DNA of 32,000 bases from Erysipelothrix larvae (GCF_001545095.1 NZ_CP013213.1:780001-812000), one strand, 5' to 3'; shown: positions 8,808-16,897, counted from the stretch's first letter. The notes: a model not told the origin generated them from the sequence alone. Translations and numbers: made by a program.

Positions 8808-8860
8808 TAGTGGACCAGTTTTCAATTGAGATTTGGACCATTATTCAGTTGACAAATACA
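8808..8860 (-). repeat. IS21 right terminal inverted repeat (IRR)
   Basis: The reverse complement reads TGTATTTGTCAACTGAATAATGGTCCAAATCTCAATTGAAAACTGGTCCACTA, matching IRL at 45 of 53 positions. Confidence 0.85.
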
Positions 8861-9095
8861 ATAGACAGGCTACATTTTCATTGTGCTGTAATTTGTGTGT
8901 CTGCATGTTCTCACCTTAACTTTCTTTTGTAACACAGACACTACCACAGTTCTCTTAACATATCTATCAGAACATGACTTAATAACACAAGAGAATGATT
9001 CAGCATGAAAAAAGTACTGAATCACTCAATCTGTTATCAAATCAAATATTAGAAAACATTTGATTATTAAAATTTTAATTTTGGTTAATTCGAAT

Positions 9096-9335
9096 CTACG
9101 AAGGAATCATCTTCGTAGCACTATTAGGCACAGTTTGGATTCGCTGCTTCGCTAGAGTCTCACCATTCCCAATCAAGGAAACACTTACTTGGCTTGCGAC
9201 GGTCTTATCACGCTCGAACGTCCATAAGTGGCGTATAATTATCACTATCACAGTCACCGCAAGATAGGGTATCAAACCTATTTCATCATCCAGTTTCATC
9301 GCTCTCTAGTTTTCTTAAGGTCATGGCGCACTAAT
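9096..9335 (-). other. GC-richer, hairpin-rich block of unknown nature (candidate structured ncRNA or small-protein gene)
   Basis: Visibly higher G+C than the AT-rich flanks. Perfect 8-bp hairpin CTACGAAG-N7-CTTCGTAG at 9096-9118. Possible long-range pairing CTAGAG/CTCTAG. Only a 67-aa ORF (9096-9299) with a weak SD overlaps it. Strand assignment is tentative. Confidence 0.25.
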
Positions 9336-9505
9336 GAAGGTTGCTTGTGTGATAGATAAAGTCACTAATAATGGCTATACAATTTTCAAAGAACATCCCA
9401 CATTTTTATGTGAGAAGAGGAGGATTAAAATCAACCCCTCTATAGTGATAAGGAATCTCAGAGCGTTTTGAGCACCTTTTTTGCTAAATTTCTAAAAACT
9501 TTTTT

Positions 9506-9898
9506 TTATTTGAGCAACATTGAGCGATGTCTTTTGCTTATAGTGGTCTGACTCATATTCTTTGTTTTTGCATACTCGCGATCACTTAAATCGTGGTAGT
9601 ATATCGCAATGAGTAAATCTTTTTCATCATCGGTAAGGGTGTTAATTGCTTTATAAAGTGCTTCGTATCGTTCCATTTTAAGTGCCTCGTTTCTTGTGGG
9701 GTCTAAATCTTCTAATAGTTTTATTTCAAGTGTGTTACTTTCGTACTCATCAAAAAGATGGTCTAGGTAAACCCAGGTGTTGCGGATTTGTTTGGTAAGA
9801 TAGCGTTCATGTTCAATGCTTTTCCAATATTCTCTATAAACTTCTTCGCTAACGTTAACTGCTTGGTTTATAATGTAGATCACATATGTATCATTCAT
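9506..9898 (-). CDS. Sigma-70 region-4-type HTH protein, Tn916 Orf7-like conjugative-element regulator
   Basis: 130 aa. The C-terminal segment LTDDEKDLLIAIYYHDLSDREYAKTKNMSQTTISKRHRSMLLK is a sigma region-4 HTH. SD AGGAGG lies before the ATG at 9898. It has the same orientation as xis-int, as in Tn916-type regulation modules. Confidence 0.6.
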   Translation of the reverse strand: MNDTYVIYIINQAVNVSEEVYREYWKSIEHERYLTKQIRNTWVYLDHLFDEYESNTLEIKLLEDLDPTRNEALKMERYEALYKAINTLTDDEKDLLIAIYYHDLSDREYAKTKNMSQTTISKRHRSMLLK

Positions 9899-10471
9899 AT
9901 TGATATTCCTCCTGTTTCTGTAATCTGTATTTGATTTGAAACAGGGTGGTGCTCTAACATTTAGAATGCAAAAAAAACTCCTTTAAACCCTGGAGGCAAC
10001 TATAAAGAACATTTAATTGTTATGAGTGGCCTTCAAGTATAATAGCCCAAAGTGTCATATATTCAAATGAACTTTGCTTAAATGGAAACTCCGTACCGTT
10101 TATCATAAATCTGATTATAATCCACGAATGATTTCAAGTAACTGATAAATGTTAAAGTTGCTTCTAGCTTGATTAAACAGTTACTATAAGCTATATATAT
10201 AGAATTAGGTAGCAATATTTTTATGAAAGACTCCGTATACAAGCAAAGCCTATTAAAAGGTTTAGTAATTGTACAACGAATTTCTTAGACACCATTTTGT
10301 CAAACGAATACTAATTTAATAAAAATGTTCGTTATTACTCCTTTGTGCTTTAAACAATGTATTAATGGTCAAATTAAGCAGCATAAATTTAAATGCTATC
10401 TTATATCACAAAGAATTCTTGCTGTAGAATTTACAATTTAATCAATTAAAAATCAACTTATTCGTAATTTG

Positions 10472-10499
10472 TTGAGATTAGATGCTTGAAACTTATAAT
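10472..10499 (+). promoter_or_regulatory. Candidate promoter of the bacteriocin-like operon
   Basis: TTGAGA (10472-10477), a 16-nt spacer, then TATAAT (10494-10499), about 40 nt upstream of the ATG at 10540. Confidence 0.45.
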
Positions 10500-10539
10500 A
10501 GAATCAAGGTTGACATGTGTAATAAAAATAGGATGAGTA

Positions 10540-11001
10540 ATGAAAAAATTATACAAAATTGTGGTAACAAGCGTATTGCTAGCAACGTTTACTTTAAATG
10601 TAAGTGCCGTAATGCTAAAACAATATACAAGCACCACATACGTGGAAAGCACTCATCCGAATATATGGGAATATGTAGGAAATGTTTCCGTTAAGGGTGC
10701 AGATTGGATTCGTATCGATGAAAACAACTGGGCATATCCAAGTTTTAGTCGGATTACCTATCAAGCTCCGAATTTTTTAGGAGGGACATTATCAGGGTAT
10801 TCAAATCACCCTAAAACAGTATATTCAACAGGGAAAAACGATGGTACACAACGTAAGGCAAGTATAACCGTAAAGGATTCTCTTAATCCGATAAATGGTA
10901 AAACTAAAGCACTTTGGAATATTAATCTTATTAACCGTGGAGTGCAGCCGGGTGATCCCAAACCTTGGAGCGTTGAAACCAAATTAACTGGATTAGAATA
11001 G
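10540..11001 (+). CDS. Secreted 153-aa protein, lactococcin-972-like bacteriocin candidate (enlarged)
   Basis: Sec signal peptide MKKLYKIVVTSVLLATFTLNVSA. The mature part contains W-EYVG and GYSNHPKTVYSTGKNDGTQRKASITV. From memory these resemble the Lcn972 mature motifs TWQHGYG and YSNYHHGSKTHSATV...GKDTQRAG. It is followed by DUF1430-type membrane proteins plus an ABC ATPase, which is the canonical Lcn972 locus architecture. Confidence 0.55.
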   Translation: MKKLYKIVVTSVLLATFTLNVSAVMLKQYTSTTYVESTHPNIWEYVGNVSVKGADWIRIDENNWAYPSFSRITYQAPNFLGGTLSGYSNHPKTVYSTGKNDGTQRKASITVKDSLNPINGKTKALWNINLINRGVQPGDPKPWSVETKLTGLE

Positions 11002-11060
11002 ACCTAAAAAAAGTATTTTAAAAGTGATTACACATGTCTTCCATTTATAGAGGTGATACT

Positions 11061-12080
11061 ATGAAAAAAATTAGATTATACGCAATGAGTACTACAAATT
11101 TATTAATTCTTCTAACACTTTTAATGATGCTAAGTTATGTGCATTTAAGTGCAAAAAGAGAGAAACTTCCATTTTTTATGACACCTAATTTTATTAAAGT
11201 AACCAATAATAGTGCTAACAATGTGCCAGTTAGACTTCTTGAAAAATATAACTCAGAAGAAGATATCACAATCATCAGTGCTTATGACGAGGAAGCCACA
11301 ATTGGTATTTATGATCCAAATATGAACTATGCTATGGGGAATACAGTGATTTTCTTTGGCCAAACACGTTATTTTTCATCAAGTGACTATTTGAATGCGA
11401 CGAAATCTGGAATTATAGTATCTGATAATCTAGCTTACGATATGGAACATTGTAAATTATCTAATAATGATCACATTGAAGATGTTATGTATTGTACAGA
11501 TTCAGAGAGTATGCTTTCAAATGATGGCAAGACACGACAAATTGTTAATTTATTTTCATTTGATAATCTCGGTGAATCCGTGTATCTAGATTATTATTCA
11601 GAATCTGGTAAAGGTGTTGTAAGTCAAATCGTTAGTGATCTTAAACAAAATGGATACCACGTTGATTCAAGCGACATTCCTAATGTTATTGAAGCACTAA
11701 TTCAGCCAAATAAAGGCTTGATTAGTGTCATTATGACTGGAAGTTTTGTTTTTTATATACTATATTACATTGTGTCATACTGGTATTTCTTCAATATGCG
11801 AAGGGAAGTTTCAATTCACTATTTACATGGGGGACAGTTTAAAAGTATGGCTCATCGCTTTGTAAAGCCACTGTTTTATATTTCAATATTACAGCTAACC
11901 GTTGCATATCTCTTTGCGAATTATCAACGAAGTTTTGGCTACTTAATTATGAGTAATGGATCATTACTGATTATTTCTATTTTCCACATCGTGCTAACAC
12001 TTTCCATTCATGTCATTGCTTACCAAAGAGTTTATACAAGCATTAAGAATAAGCGAGGTGATACTGATTATGTTAGATAA
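11061..12080 (+). CDS. FtsX/DUF1430-type integral membrane protein (bacteriocin-associated immunity/export permease, paralog 1)
   Basis: The ORF track gives 11034-12080. The ATG at 11061 follows SD AGAGGTGA. Topology is one N-terminal TM, a ~190-aa extracytoplasmic domain, then three C-terminal TMs. The motif NMRREVSIHYLHGGQFKSM sits after TM2, as in MacB/FtsX-type permeases. Confidence 0.7.
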   Translation: MKKIRLYAMSTTNLLILLTLLMMLSYVHLSAKREKLPFFMTPNFIKVTNNSANNVPVRLLEKYNSEEDITIISAYDEEATIGIYDPNMNYAMGNTVIFFGQTRYFSSSDYLNATKSGIIVSDNLAYDMEHCKLSNNDHIEDVMYCTDSESMLSNDGKTRQIVNLFSFDNLGESVYLDYYSESGKGVVSQIVSDLKQNGYHVDSSDIPNVIEALIQPNKGLISVIMTGSFVFYILYYIVSYWYFFNMRREVSIHYLHGGQFKSMAHRFVKPLFYISILQLTVAYLFANYQRSFGYLIMSNGSLLIISIFHIVLTLSIHVIAYQRVYTSIKNKRGDTDYVR

Positions 12081-13155
12081 TATTCGATATGGACTTAGGG
12101 ATGTCTACAAAAATAAAATTTTCTTCATAATAACCGTCTTTTTCTTAGTTACACTTAATGTGGTTGCGGTAATAACCGCATATTCAATTCGCTATGACTA
12201 TTATGAAAGAGAACAAATTGAAACTCAAGAAGCCGTTAGATTTAAAGCTGTTCCTGTAGGCTATGATTTCAAGTATGATAAAAAAAATCTTGATAAGTAT
12301 ATGGAAATACTTAATCAAAATGCAATGACATATCGAATTTCATATACACTTTCTGAAGAAAATGATGCATTGGTTTTTCTTGTTTTTGGGGATCCATCTC
12401 TAATTAATGATGAAATTGAAAGTAGTTTGAATACTGATGAAGTAAAAGTTTACACATATGACGAAGCAGTTGATAAAGAAATTAAAGTTCTCGACGAGAC
12501 CTATCCGGTACATTTAATCAATTATGATAATCATAATTTGAGTATTTTTAATGATATAGGACGAGATTCTATATTAGTTGTCTATCAGGGACACAATGCA
12601 TATGAAGTTATAAATCTTCTTTTACAATCCGATTCAGGTACCTTTTATGAATTATTATCGCAAACAATTGTACGCCAGGATGATAGACAGCGTATTGATG
12701 CATTCATGGACTTTGTGAATACAAATATTAAAGAGTTTAAATTTATAAGTCCGTATATCATCGCGATGGATGACTATGTTTCATCAAATCATGTCTTTAT
12801 TCGTCATTATCTCATACCCTTGTATATTATTATGTTTTTCATGGGTGTCTTTTCATTCCAAGTAATTTTTAAAGGGCTTTTGAATAAGATGCAAAGAGAA
12901 TTCACGATTCATGTCCTTCATGGTGCAAAGTTTCGCGATATCTTGATACGGCAACTGGTGTTCTATTTGTCGATGATGATAACTGCGGTAGTTTTGGCTG
13001 GAATCTTTGTGTTTCCAATTGGAAGACAAGAACCATTGATTGTTCTCTCTGTATTGATTACAAGTGGATTGATTCTGCTGATGAGTATCATTTATATCTA
13101 TATTGCATTGAAAAGAACAAATTTATTTGAGAACTTGAGAGGAGATCATGTATGA
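12070..13155 (+). CDS. FtsX/DUF1430-type integral membrane protein (paralog 2)
   Basis: The ORF track gives 12010-13155. The ATG at 12070 follows SD GAGGTGA and overlaps the paralog-1 stop by 11 nt. Topology is the same 1+3 TM arrangement, with the matching motif NKMQREFTIHVLHGAKFRDI. Confidence 0.7.
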   Translation: MLDNIRYGLRDVYKNKIFFIITVFFLVTLNVVAVITAYSIRYDYYEREQIETQEAVRFKAVPVGYDFKYDKKNLDKYMEILNQNAMTYRISYTLSEENDALVFLVFGDPSLINDEIESSLNTDEVKVYTYDEAVDKEIKVLDETYPVHLINYDNHNLSIFNDIGRDSILVVYQGHNAYEVINLLLQSDSGTFYELLSQTIVRQDDRQRIDAFMDFVNTNIKEFKFISPYIIAMDDYVSSNHVFIRHYLIPLYIIMFFMGVFSFQVIFKGLLNKMQREFTIHVLHGAKFRDILIRQLVFYLSMMITAVVLAGIFVFPIGRQEPLIVLSVLITSGLILLMSIIYIYIALKRTNLFENLRGDHV

Positions 13156-13823
13156 TTTTAGAGTTGCGAAATGTTAACCGGATCTATGAGACCGATGGTT
13201 TACGAAAACAAGCATTGAAAGATATTACGATTAAGATAAGTTCTGGAGATCAGATTATGATTTTGGGTGCTTCAGGATCTGGAAAATCAACGTTATTGAA
13301 TATCATTGGGTTACTTGACAAAGGGTATGAGGGGCAGTACCTGATTGATGGTATCGAGAGAAAGACGTTAACAGAAAAAGAGCAAGCAACATTGAGAAGT
13401 CGTTTATTCGGATATGTATTTCAAGATTTTGTTTTAGTCGAAAATGAAACAATTTTTGAGAATGTCAGAATTCCATTAATTTATTCAACCATTGAGAAAA
13501 GTAAGCACAAAGCGATGATTGAAACGGCTCTAGAAGGCGTAGGTTTAGCGGGGATGAGTCGTAAACGTGTGAAGTATCTGTCAGGTGGTGAACGGCAACG
13601 TGTTGCGATTGCACGTGCGTTAGTAAATCAACCGAAGATTGTGATTGCGGATGAGCCTACAGGATCGTTAGATCAAATTACACGTGAACAAGTATTAGAT
13701 ATCATATACAATTACCTCGATGAGGATAAGATATTGCTTTTTGTTACCCATGATTTAGAGAATAATCGAAGAGGTGAACAAAAAATAATTGATATAAAAA
13801 ACGGTGAGTTATTTTTTGACTAA
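13152..13823 (+). CDS. ABC transporter ATP-binding protein (MacB/LolD-like)
   Basis: 223 aa with Walker A GASGSGKST, signature LSGGERQRVAIARAL and Walker B IVIADEPTGSLD. The start overlaps the upstream stop (ATGA). Confidence 0.92.
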   Translation: MILELRNVNRIYETDGLRKQALKDITIKISSGDQIMILGASGSGKSTLLNIIGLLDKGYEGQYLIDGIERKTLTEKEQATLRSRLFGYVFQDFVLVENETIFENVRIPLIYSTIEKSKHKAMIETALEGVGLAGMSRKRVKYLSGGERQRVAIARALVNQPKIVIADEPTGSLDQITREQVLDIIYNYLDEDKILLFVTHDLENNRRGEQKIIDIKNGELFFD

Positions 13824-13854
13824 GTCGAATGGTGTTGATATAAATTTGCAAAGT

Positions 13855-13882
13855 GAGAAAGCAATTTGCTTTCTTTTTTTTT
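13855..13882 (+). terminator. Rho-independent terminator after the ABC ATPase
   Basis: GAGAAAGCA / TGCTTTCTT stem with a 3-nt loop, followed by a T run of at least 8. Confidence 0.8.
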
Positions 13883-13990
13883 GAAATCAAGAGCCATGTT
13901 TAAGCATATTAGCAATTTTAAAATTAACTATTAAATATCTAAAAAATACTATTCTATGGTAATATGAAATAGTGATGGGAGGGGTAATCT

Positions 13991-14713
13991 GTGTTTAAAG
14001 TAGCACTCGTTGATGATAATCCAAGCATTCATAGTATTATTAGAAAACTATTGAATGATTCATTTGCGGTTCATAAATTTGAATTGAAGTCGTACTATTC
14101 TGCCGAAGATCTTTTAGAGGATTATTCTAATAGTCATTTTTCTTTTCTTTTATTAGATATAGAAATGCCTGAAACAAACGGAATAGAGCTGTCGGAGAAA
14201 CTGCAATTTCTGAATCACAAAATCCCCATAATCTTTTTGACGTCGTATGAACACTATATGAAAGATGCCTTTGGATTAAATGTCTATAGTTACATTTTGA
14301 AAGATAATATGATAGAAGAGCTACCCAGTGTTATAAGAAAACTTTTAGTTACTCTTGAAGTAATTGAAAATCGCATACAAGTATCGTTTAATACAGATAT
14401 GGGAAATATTAAGCTTTACGAGGAAGATATTGTATGTGTTTATTTTGAGGATAGGCGACCAACAATTTATACAAAAAAAATAAAGGTAAGGGTTTATGGA
14501 GAGGCTTTGTACTCTGTGTATGAAAAACTTTCGAGTGATATGTTTTTACAACCAAATAGTGGAATTATAGTAAATCTTAAGTATATAAAGACGATTCAAG
14601 ATATGATTATATATTTAAATTTTTTTCCTTTTCCGATAACTATTTCAAGAAGTAAAATTAGAGTCATAAAGAGTAAATATACAGAATTCTTGGCCAGAGG
14701 AGATTCACTTTGA
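13991..14713 (+). CDS. LytTR-family response regulator (AgrA-like)
   Basis: 240 aa with a GTG start after GGGAGGGG. Receiver domain: VALVDDNP and the phospho-acceptor context LLLDIEMPETNGIEL. The ~100-aa C-terminal domain is LytTR-type (...IVCVYFEDRRPTIYTKK...). Confidence 0.85.
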   Translation: MFKVALVDDNPSIHSIIRKLLNDSFAVHKFELKSYYSAEDLLEDYSNSHFSFLLLDIEMPETNGIELSEKLQFLNHKIPIIFLTSYEHYMKDAFGLNVYSYILKDNMIEELPSVIRKLLVTLEVIENRIQVSFNTDMGNIKLYEEDIVCVYFEDRRPTIYTKKIKVRVYGEALYSVYEKLSSDMFLQPNSGIIVNLKYIKTIQDMIIYLNFFPFPITISRSKIRVIKSKYTEFLARGDSL

Positions 14714-16005
14714 TTTTGCAAAATATAATACTCGTTATCATCGAGTTATTTTATTGTTCAATTGATGTAATGCTCTTGCATTATTTTTGTTCAATATTGA
14801 TGACAAAGAAAAAGAAAAATATGTTTGTTGAAATTTCTATCTATTGCATCGCTGTTATAGGAGTATTTTTGTTAACATATGGTACACTTTTTTCGAAAAG
14901 TGGCAATTTATTATCGTTTCTTATTATGCTGCTATATGCATATATAATATTTGAAAAAGCATCGAGTGGTGCATTTATTACGGTAAGTTTTTATTATATC
15001 TGCTCAGGAATTGTAACACTTCTTACTGCTTCAGTAGTACCGATGGTTTTTGATACATCTATTTCTAGTATAATGTCAAATCCGTTATTTCGATCATTAA
15101 TTGTCCTATTTACGAAACTATTGATACTTTTAATAGGGTTTTTCTGCCGTAATAAGTTTAGTCTATATTCAGACAATACAGTAAACTTGCGTGGCGTCCT
15201 GATATTCTTTGTCATCGTATTTGTCAATTTGACTTTTGTTTTTGAATTTGTGTATTTAAGTGAAGAAATTCCGTTGGAAAACCTAGTTTTAACTATGATC
15301 TTCACTTTTATAATCTTTATTGTATTAATTACGATATTAATGATGAAGTATATAGATGAAAAAGAGAAAACTATTAATCTTGAAATTAAACTTGAAGAAG
15401 CAAACCGGAAAAATGAAGAATACATAAAAATTGCGAGTGACCAAGTTGAAATTATGAGGGTAAAACATGATTTAAAAAATCATCTTGTTGTTTTAGATAG
15501 CTTCATTCAGCAAAACGGCATTGAAGATGCAAAAAAATATTTAGACAAACTTTTTGTTCATCCAGGGTTAAAATCATATGTAAATACTAAAAATATGATT
15601 ATAAATGCAGTAATGAATCAAAAAATTGCTGAATATCCAAATATTAGGTTCAAGGTAAGACACGACGATAATTTCTATAATATAAGTGATACTGCATTAA
15701 CGATTATTTTGGGTAATGCTCTTGATAACGCAATTGAGGCAGTTAAATTTATGAATAGTCCAGAAGTAAAAGTAGTTTTTAGTGAGAACGAAAACTATAT
15801 TAAGTTGTATATAGAAAATCCATTTAGTATACAACCAATAATTAGACGTGGAAAATTCATAACACAGAAGGATTCGAGATTTTCTGGTATCGGTATAAAT
15901 AATATATTACAGGCTTCAAAATCAGTAGGTGGTGAAGCGGTTTTTAAAGTTGAATCTAACGTATTCAAACTTGTTGTACTTGTGGATAAACATTTCAATC
16001 AATAA
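14710..16005 (+). CDS. AgrC-type (HPK10, GHKL) sensor histidine kinase
   Basis: 431 aa. The TTG start overlaps the response regulator stop and follows SD AGAGGAG. The N-terminal ~215 aa are polytopic (6-7 TM). H-box MRVKHDLKNHL, N-box LGNALDNAIEA, G-box SGIGINNIL. Confidence 0.85.
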   Translation: MILQNIILVIIELFYCSIDVMLLHYFCSILMTKKKKNMFVEISIYCIAVIGVFLLTYGTLFSKSGNLLSFLIMLLYAYIIFEKASSGAFITVSFYYICSGIVTLLTASVVPMVFDTSISSIMSNPLFRSLIVLFTKLLILLIGFFCRNKFSLYSDNTVNLRGVLIFFVIVFVNLTFVFEFVYLSEEIPLENLVLTMIFTFIIFIVLITILMMKYIDEKEKTINLEIKLEEANRKNEEYIKIASDQVEIMRVKHDLKNHLVVLDSFIQQNGIEDAKKYLDKLFVHPGLKSYVNTKNMIINAVMNQKIAEYPNIRFKVRHDDNFYNISDTALTIILGNALDNAIEAVKFMNSPEVKVVFSENENYIKLYIENPFSIQPIIRRGKFITQKDSRFSGIGINNILQASKSVGGEAVFKVESNVFKLVVLVDKHFNQ

Positions 16006-16073
16006 AAATGCAAAATAAACAAAATATATTTTAAAGTATGCTTTATATGGCTATGATAAAAGCGGTGATTAAT

Positions 16074-16622
16074 ATGGATTATATTACAAAAAAAATAAGC
16101 AATTGGCTTTTAAAAGAAAATTACATTACTGATGATCAAGCTGACGATATCATATATGCTTTAGAAATAGTTATTTCCAATATTCTTCCGTTTACCACCA
16201 TTTTGATTTTGGGAGTTGTATTTCAACAATTGACCAAGACTGTATTATTTTTTCTAGTTTTTGTTGGTTTTCGAATATTAAGAGATAGATATCATGCGCC
16301 AACTTTTTTAAAATGTTATATACTCACAGTTGGTTCGTTCATAAGTTGTTTAGTAATGTCACTTATCATTAATCTTGAGGTTCAACTCCTATTTACATTC
16401 TACATGGTAATTCTAAATATTCTACTATTCGTAGTCTTCAAAACAAAAATCGATGAAGGTCAAAATCAAAAATCTAATTTTATCTATAATTTTATATTAA
16501 TAACGTACAATTCTCTATGTTTAATATTGAGTAAATTTGTTTTACATGAGTACACTGTTTTTTTATCAGTTCTTGGACTAATTATTGTTTCAACGTCAAT
16601 TGCCAAAGAAAAATCAAATTAG
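16074..16622 (+). CDS. agrB: AgrB-family accessory gene regulator protein B (AIP-precursor processing peptidase)
   Basis: The ORF track gives 16038-16622; the ATG at 16074 is preferred. Polytopic membrane protein with the segment FRILRDRYHAPTFLKCYILTV. This carries the AgrB catalytic His and Cys exactly 7 residues apart (H74/C81 here; H77/C84 in S. aureus AgrB). Confidence 0.8.
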   Translation: MDYITKKISNWLLKENYITDDQADDIIYALEIVISNILPFTTILILGVVFQQLTKTVLFFLVFVGFRILRDRYHAPTFLKCYILTVGSFISCLVMSLIINLEVQLLFTFYMVILNILLFVVFKTKIDEGQNQKSNFIYNFILITYNSLCLILSKFVLHEYTVFLSVLGLIIVSTSIAKEKSN

Positions 16623-16879
16623 CAAATATAAAAATACAACTTATTCAATATTGAAACAGTTTATTCAAAATCATTTTACATAAAAGTAATTTTGGAAACT
16701 CTAAATAGATAAAGGAAAACTGGACTTGATGAAGATTATACATGTAAGTCGTTGACTCAATTTTGTATGAGAGAAAAGGACTGTTATATAGTCTTCTAAA
16801 CGGAGGGATTTAAAGTGTAGCTGTCTAGTAGTTGTTTAGAATTCCAAAGTTTGTATATAGTTTACGATGTTTGACAAAT

Positions 16880-16897
16880 GTAGCATGGAGTAGCAAA
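16880..16897 (+). repeat. GTAGCA(AA) direct repeats near attR (candidate arm-type integrase sites)
   Basis: GTAGCATG at 16880 and GTAGCAAA at 16890. They have the same orientation as the three copies at 5851-5880 and lie about 40 nt inside attR. Confidence 0.45.

Larger units (their letters stand above)
6481..8860 (+). mobile_element. IS21-family insertion sequence (2380 bp), apparently intact
   Basis: istA and istB are flanked by 53-bp terminal inverted repeats (45/53 identical, starting TGTATTTGT). Each repeat contains multiple TGG(N)CCA sub-repeats. A 5-bp direct target duplication ATAGA lies at 6476-6480 and 8861-8865. Confidence 0.9.

Noticed and set aside
9125-9172. Cobalamin-riboswitch-like string on the minus strand (GGGAAUGGUGAGA...ACUGUG).
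   Set aside because: No B12 box, no downstream cobalamin or transport gene, and the context is inside a mobile-element regulatory region. The resemblance is limited to a short core.
9096-9335. Group II intron 5' end: the minus strand reads GTGCGCC... at 9331, like the intron consensus GUGYG.
   Set aside because: No domain V/VI-like hairpin (AGC triad with GNRA loop), no reverse-transcriptase ORF and no plausible 3' end before or after the IS. A 5-7-nt match is too weak. It is kept only as an unexplained GC-rich block.
10325-10441. 38-codon Cys-rich ORF (MFVITPLCFKQCINGQIKQHKFKCYLISQRILAVEFTI), considered as a possible peptide pheromone or bacteriocin precursor.
   Set aside because: No SD, no leader or double-glycine or AgrD-like architecture, and it overlaps the putative regulator-binding repeats. 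Most likely a chance ORF, but cheap to re-check by ribosome profiling or peptidomics.
10458-10694. ORFs 10458-10652(-) and 10482-10694(+) overlapping the start of the secreted-protein gene.
   Set aside because: They overlap the promoter and 5' end of a gene with a clear SD and signal peptide. They are out-of-frame or antisense AT-rich readings with no SD.
14994-15998. ORFs 14994-15425(-) and 15795-15998(-) antisense to the histidine kinase gene.
   Set aside because: Antisense shadows in an AT-rich gene, with repetitive I/K/F/N-rich translations.
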